Shown piece by piece: positions 8,188 to 11,650 of a stretch of DNA of 11,650 bases. This DNA comes from Pseudomonadota bacterium. GTDB taxonomy: Bacteria > Myxococcota > JACRCW01 > JAFGSX01. The position numbers were made by a program, and so were the translations under genes. Below the pieces are notes generated by a model. The model saw only the letters and a list, made by a program, of their open reading frames with translations. It made no database searches and was not told where the DNA came from. The number at the start of each line of letters is the position of its first letter. Within the stretch, counting starts at the first letter, position 1. The DNA lies in contig JBDRCO010000131.1 of NCBI GenBank assembly GCA_043821645.1, forward strand, positions 1-11,650, given 5' to 3'.

Positions 8188-10035
8188 GTGGCGAACAGGT
8201 GGTCCAGACTCGGGGGATGGCTAGGCATTCCTGTCGGCGGCGTCGGCGTGGTGCTGCGGCGCATGGCCTTCCACGCCGTGTTCGTGGCCGGGGTCACCCA
8301 GGTCAAGTCTGCCAGCAATGCCCTGTACCTGTCGCGACGCGATCCCGAGGGCCTGGCCCTGCTGTACATCCTGGTGGCGGTGACGGTGGCGGTGGCCAGT
8401 GCGCTGCTGTCGCGCAGCCTGCACGGCCGGCGTCCCTTGCAGCTGCTGCGGCAGCTCGGCATCGTGCTGGCGGTGGCGCTGCTGGGGCTGTTTGGCCTGC
8501 TGCACCTGCAGCTGGCACCTGTGTACGGCCTGCTCTACATCGTCGGCGAGCTCTACGCGACCGTGCTCAGCGTGCTGTTCTGGGCAGACGCCAGCGAGCG
8601 CTTCGACGTGCGAGAGCAGAAGCGCATCGTGGGCTTGCTCGCCGCGGGGGGCATGGTGGGTGCCATCCTCGGTGGCGGCCTGGTGGCGCCCCTGGCCCGG
8701 CTGATCGGCGTCGACGGCCTGGTGGCGCTGTCGGGCCTGACCCTGGCCCTGGCCCTGCCTCTGCTGGGGAGCGACCATCGTGAGCGGCGCGAGCAGACGC
8801 GCGCGGCGGGGCCACAGCGCAGCGCCATGAGTGCGCTGTTCGCGGATCGCTACCCGCGTCACATCGCGCTGCTGGTGGGCAGCCTGTCGGTGCTGGCCAC
8901 CCTGGTCGACTATCACTTCAGGGTGTCGTCGGCCGGTCACCTCGACGAGGGCGAGCTGGCCAGCCTGTTCGGCCAGCTCAACGCGGTGGTGGGGGTTGCC
9001 GGCCTGGCCTTCCAGACCGCCTTCACCTCGCGCCTGCTGGCGGGCTTCGGGGTGTTCGTGTTCCTCGGTCTGATCCCCGTGCTCGCCGGTGCCATGGCCG
9101 TGGCCATCCAGCTGTCCGGTCTGTTCGTGCTGACCATCGCGCTCAAGGGCGTGGAGATGGCGGGCAGCTACTCGCTGTACCAGCCAGGTCTGCAGTTGCT
9201 GTACAACCCCATCGACCCCAGAACGCGCCATGCGTTGCGGCCGCTGATCGACGGCGCCGCCAAGAAACTGGGTGTGGCCGTGGGAGGGCTCGGGCTGCTC
9301 GGTCTTGCCGCCAGCCACCTCCACGGCGTGGTGCTGCCCCTGGTCGTGCTCACGGTGATCGGCATCGTGCTGCTGCTGCGCAGCCTGCGCCATGGCTACA
9401 TCGCCACCCTCGACCAGCGCCTGGGTGGGCGCCGGCTGCAGGTGAACTACCAGATCGACGCCACCGACAAGATCACCCGCGAAGCCCTGCTGCGCGCCCT
9501 GCACTCGGAATCCAGCCGCGAGGTGCTCACAGCCCTGGCCATTCTCGAGCGCGCGCCGGACTACGACGTCACCGACGAGCTGCGCCACTGCTGGTGCACA
9601 ACAGCGAGACCGTGCGCCTGGCTGCCATCGAGCGCGCCCGCGAGCGCCGCGACCCCGGGCTGGCCCGGGCCCTGCGCGACATCCTCGGCACCGACGCGCG
9701 GCGCCCGCGCGCTCGCGCTGCCCGCGCCCTGGCCATGGTGGATCCTGACGGAGCCGCCGAAGCCCTGCGGCCTTTCCTGTACGATCCGGATCCGGGTGTG
9801 CAGGTGGCGGTGGTGGCGGCGCTGCTGCCCCTGGAGCACGAGGGCGAGGGTCCAGCCCACGCGCTGCTGGGCTCCTTGCTGGCGACCCTGGAGCACCCGG
9901 CACCGGTCAAGCGCGAGCTGTGCAAGCTGCTGGGGGAGCTGGTCGACGGCCCCTTTGACGAGGCCCTGGCCGCACTCCTGCACGACGCGGATCCCAGCGT
10001 GCGCCAGCTGGCCTGTCAGTCTGCCGCTCGCCTGA
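8188..10035 (+). CDS. N-terminal part: ~12-TM NTT/TLC-like (ATP/ADP translocase-related) MFS domain plus first HEAT repeat; genuine coding only to ~9587
   Basis: Family-typical segments KSASNALYLSR, FWADASERFDVREQKRIVGLLAAGGMVGAILGG, TLVDYHF, LASLFGQLN, TSRLLAGFGV, YSLYQPGLQLLYNPI, RPLIDG and LRHGYIATL. The last ~149 aa are out-of-frame sequence. Confidence 0.75.
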   Translation: MANRWSRLGGWLGIPVGGVGVVLRRMAFHAVFVAGVTQVKSASNALYLSRRDPEGLALLYILVAVTVAVASALLSRSLHGRRPLQLLRQLGIVLAVALLGLFGLLHLQLAPVYGLLYIVGELYATVLSVLFWADASERFDVREQKRIVGLLAAGGMVGAILGGGLVAPLARLIGVDGLVALSGLTLALALPLLGSDHRERREQTRAAGPQRSAMSALFADRYPRHIALLVGSLSVLATLVDYHFRVSSAGHLDEGELASLFGQLNAVVGVAGLAFQTAFTSRLLAGFGVFVFLGLIPVLAGAMAVAIQLSGLFVLTIALKGVEMAGSYSLYQPGLQLLYNPIDPRTRHALRPLIDGAAKKLGVAVGGLGLLGLAASHLHGVVLPLVVLTVIGIVLLLRSLRHGYIATLDQRLGGRRLQVNYQIDATDKITREALLRALHSESSREVLTALAILERAPDYDVTDELRHCWCTTARPCAWLPSSAPASAATPGWPGPCATSSAPTRGARALALPAPWPWWILTEPPKPCGLSCTIRIRVCRWRWWRRCCPWSTRARVQPTRCWAPCWRPWSTRHRSSASCASCWGSWSTAPLTRPWPHSCTTRIPACASWPVSLPLA

Positions 10036-11318
10036 CCCGCCCCGGCCTGAGCGAGGATCTCATCGACCTGCTCATGGACCGCCAGGCCCGCCACGCTGCG
10101 CGCTCGGCGCTGGCGGCCTACGGCGATCCGGTGGTGCCGCGCCTGGCCCAGCTGCTCGACGACCGCAGTGCGCCCCTGGTCCTGCGCATGGAGATCCCGC
10201 GGGTGCTGCGCGCCATCGGCAGCGCCGAGGCAGCCACCGCCCTGCTGTTCAGCAACATCGTCGACGACGCCACCCTGCGCTACCGCATTGCCAGCGGCCT
10301 GTTCGAGCTATCGCGCGCCCACCCTGGCTTGCCCCTGGATCGCCAGCGCATCGACGAGGCCGCCCTGCGCCGACTCAAGGCCTACCGCTACTACCGACCG
10401 ACCCTGCGCGCCTTGCAGGCTGCGCGCGACCCTGCCTACAGGCCCCTGACCCGCGCGGTGCTGGACCGGGAGAGCCAGAACCTGGAGATGGCGCTGCGCC
10501 TCATCGGCCTGACCCGCGACGCCGAGCGCATGGTGCACGTGTTCCAGGCCCTGGACGAACGGGAGCCGGGGATGCGCGCCGAGGCGCTGGAACTGCTGGA
10601 TGTGGCCCTCGCCGGCGACCCCATGCGCAGCGAGTTGCTGCACTACGTCGAGGAAGAGACCCTGCCTGGCAGTCGCCCCGCGGACGAGGTGCGCGAGCTG
10701 CTGCACTCGCGCGATCCCATGCTGCGCGGCATCGCCGAGGTGGTGGCCGCACAGCTGGACATCGAGATCTCGTCGCCAGGGATCCGCGGTGAGCTGGTGG
10801 ACATGGAAGGAGAGACCATGGACAGACCCTTCATCGAGCGCCTGCTGCTGCTCGAGCACGTCGATCTGTTTGCACGACTGTCGATGGACGATCTGGCGGC
10901 CCTGGCCGCGATCACCAGCGAGCGCGAGGTGGCGCCCGGTGAGATCATCTACCACGAGGGGGATGCCGGTGATGCGATGTTCATCATCGTCGACGGCGAG
11001 GTCGAGCTTCTCAAGGGCGGCTCGCCCTTCCTCAAGTTCCACAGCGGCGAGACCCTGGGCCAGGTGTCCTTCATGGATGGCGGGCCTCGACCCGTGACGG
11101 CGCGGGTGGTGCCAGGGCCGCTGGGTGTGCACCTGCTGGTCATCGAGCGCACGGCCTTCATGGACCTGCTGTCGGACCGCTTCGAGCTGGTCACGGGACT
11201 GTTCGCGGTGCTGGCGCAGCGCCTGCGCACCCTCATCGAGCTCACCGGCCAGCACGGCGATTCACCACCGCAGCCGCCCGAGAGGCGCGGGGAAGCCAGC
11301 GACCGACGACCGGGCTAA
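9594..11318 (+). CDS. C-terminal part: HEAT/PBS-lyase-like repeats plus cyclic-nucleotide-binding (CAP_ED) domain
   Basis: HEAT-like units LRPFLYDPDPGVQVAVVAAL, ALLHDADPSVRQLACQSA and ELLHSRDPMLRGIA. cNMP domain VDLFARLSMDDLAALA...PGEIIYHEGDAGDAMFIIVDGEVEL...GETLGQVSFMDGGPRPVTARV. Confidence 0.8.
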   Translation: MHNSETVRLAAIERARERRDPGLARALRDILGTDARRPRARAARALAMVDPDGAAEALRPFLYDPDPGVQVAVVAALLPLEHEGEGPAHALLGSLLATLEHPAPVKRELCKLLGELVDGPFDEALAALLHDADPSVRQLACQSAARLTRPGLSEDLIDLLMDRQARHAARSALAAYGDPVVPRLAQLLDDRSAPLVLRMEIPRVLRAIGSAEAATALLFSNIVDDATLRYRIASGLFELSRAHPGLPLDRQRIDEAALRRLKAYRYYRPTLRALQAARDPAYRPLTRAVLDRESQNLEMALRLIGLTRDAERMVHVFQALDEREPGMRAEALELLDVALAGDPMRSELLHYVEEETLPGSRPADEVRELLHSRDPMLRGIAEVVAAQLDIEISSPGIRGELVDMEGETMDRPFIERLLLLEHVDLFARLSMDDLAALAAITSEREVAPGEIIYHEGDAGDAMFIIVDGEVELLKGGSPFLKFHSGETLGQVSFMDGGPRPVTARVVPGPLGVHLLVIERTAFMDLLSDRFELVTGLFAVLAQRLRTLIELTGQHGDSPPQPPERRGEASDRRPG

Positions 11319-11452
11319 AGCGCTGCTCAATTGTGTCGATCGAGGTGCGGGGGGCCAAGGTGAGGATTTTTTCGGCGCGCAGCGACGACAAAAAGACTCG
11401 CCGCCAGGCCGGGGCCCCGCAAGAGATGAGATCAACCGAGTTGAGCGGCGCT
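11319..11452. repeat. ~134-nt imperfect inverted repeat (rod-like hairpin) between convergent genes
   Basis: Nested pairings: AGCGCTGCTCAA (11319-11330) with TTGAGCGGCGCT (11441-11452), GATC/GATC, TGCGGGG (11345-11351) with CCCCGCA (11415-11421), GGCC/GGCC, GGTGAG/CTCGCC, TTTTT/AAAAA, TCG/CGA. Confidence 0.6.
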
Positions 11453-11508
11453 ATCGATCGATTTCGCGCCGATGCGATCGGATTGTGTGAGGCGCCGTGG
11501 CCCCGAGT

Positions 11509-11557
11509 AAAAAAAACCGCGACTGCCGGGACCCGGTCGGGCACAGGCAGCCGCGGT
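11509..11557 (-). terminator. Rho-independent terminator of the Hsp20 gene
   Basis: Minus strand ACCGCG-G-CTGCC...GGCAG-T-CGCGG followed by T8 (A8 at 11509-11516). GC-rich stem of ~12 bp about 30 nt after the stop at 11589. Confidence 0.75.
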
Positions 11558-11588
11558 GGTTGTCTCGATCGTGAGTCGGAGGGCGCGC

Positions 11589-11650
11589 TCAGCCCACACG
11601 CACCTCGACCTTGCGTGGCTTCAGGCGATCGGCCTTGGCCATCACCAGGG
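11589..11650 (-). CDS. 3' end of an Hsp20/alpha-crystallin small heat-shock protein (partial)
   Basis: Minus strand reads LVMAKADRLKPRKVEVRVG*, resembling the Hsp20 C-terminus (LxLPKxExxKPRKIxV, IXI/V motif). Followed by an intrinsic terminator. Only 19 codons are visible. Confidence 0.65.
   Translation of the reverse strand, partial: LVMAKADRLKPRKVEVRVG

Larger units (their letters stand above)
8188..11318 (+). pseudogene. NTT/TLC (Npt1/Npt2-like) MFS transporter - HEAT repeat - cNMP-binding fusion protein (~1043 aa), interrupted by a 1-bp frameshift near 9586 (real lesion or sequencing error)
   Basis: Protein-like sequence moves from the 8188 frame to the 9594 frame at ...GACGAGCTGCGC|CACTGCTGGTG.... 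Adding one base gives ELR(H/P)LLVHNSETVRLAAIE, a continuous HEAT repeat. The 3131-nt span is one base short of a multiple of 3. Confidence 0.75.

Noticed and set aside
8004..8462. 369-aa version of the thioesterase ORF
   Set aside because: It would overlap the divergent transporter gene by about 275 nt. A strong RBS and an extended -10 support the start at 8003.
9575..9600. Programmed -1 ribosomal frameshift
   Set aside because: No slippery heptamer or obvious stimulatory element, and the break falls in the middle of a HEAT repeat.
11364..11372. GGATTTTTT shared with the reverse complement of 7250-7258 as a common regulator site
   Set aside because: Only 9 nt of low complexity with no flanking similarity, so it may be chance.
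11539..11554. GGGCACAGGCAGCCGC as a second sigma54 promoter
   Set aside because: No GC at the -12 position with 10-nt spacing, and the sequence is part of the terminator stem-loop.

Overview
GC-rich bacterial window (roughly 65-70% GC by eye). Gene content, codon style and a sigma54-driven Cys-rich surface protein suggest Myxococcota/Deltaproteobacteria, which is inference only. Left to right: a 5'-truncated class I PLP aminotransferase (AspC-like) translationally coupled to ATP-dependent PEP carboxykinase (pckA) on +. Then a minus-strand block: an MMPL/RND-family exporter, a small Tudor/SH3-like + HTH protein, a 442-aa protein with 64 Cys (antistasin-like domain plus internal repeats) behind a sigma54 promoter, and a PaaI-family thioesterase. 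Then, on +, a ~1043-aa NTT/TLC-type MFS transporter-HEAT repeat-cNMP-binding fusion broken by a 1-bp frameshift near 9586. It is followed by a ~134-nt rod-like inverted repeat, an intrinsic terminator and the 3' end of an Hsp20 gene on -. No CRISPR, tRNA, rRNA or transposase is evident. The best leads are the transporter-HEAT-cNMP fusion (atypical ligand pocket, internal start), the modular disulfide-rich protein, the Tudor-HTH regulator and the intergenic rod hairpin.
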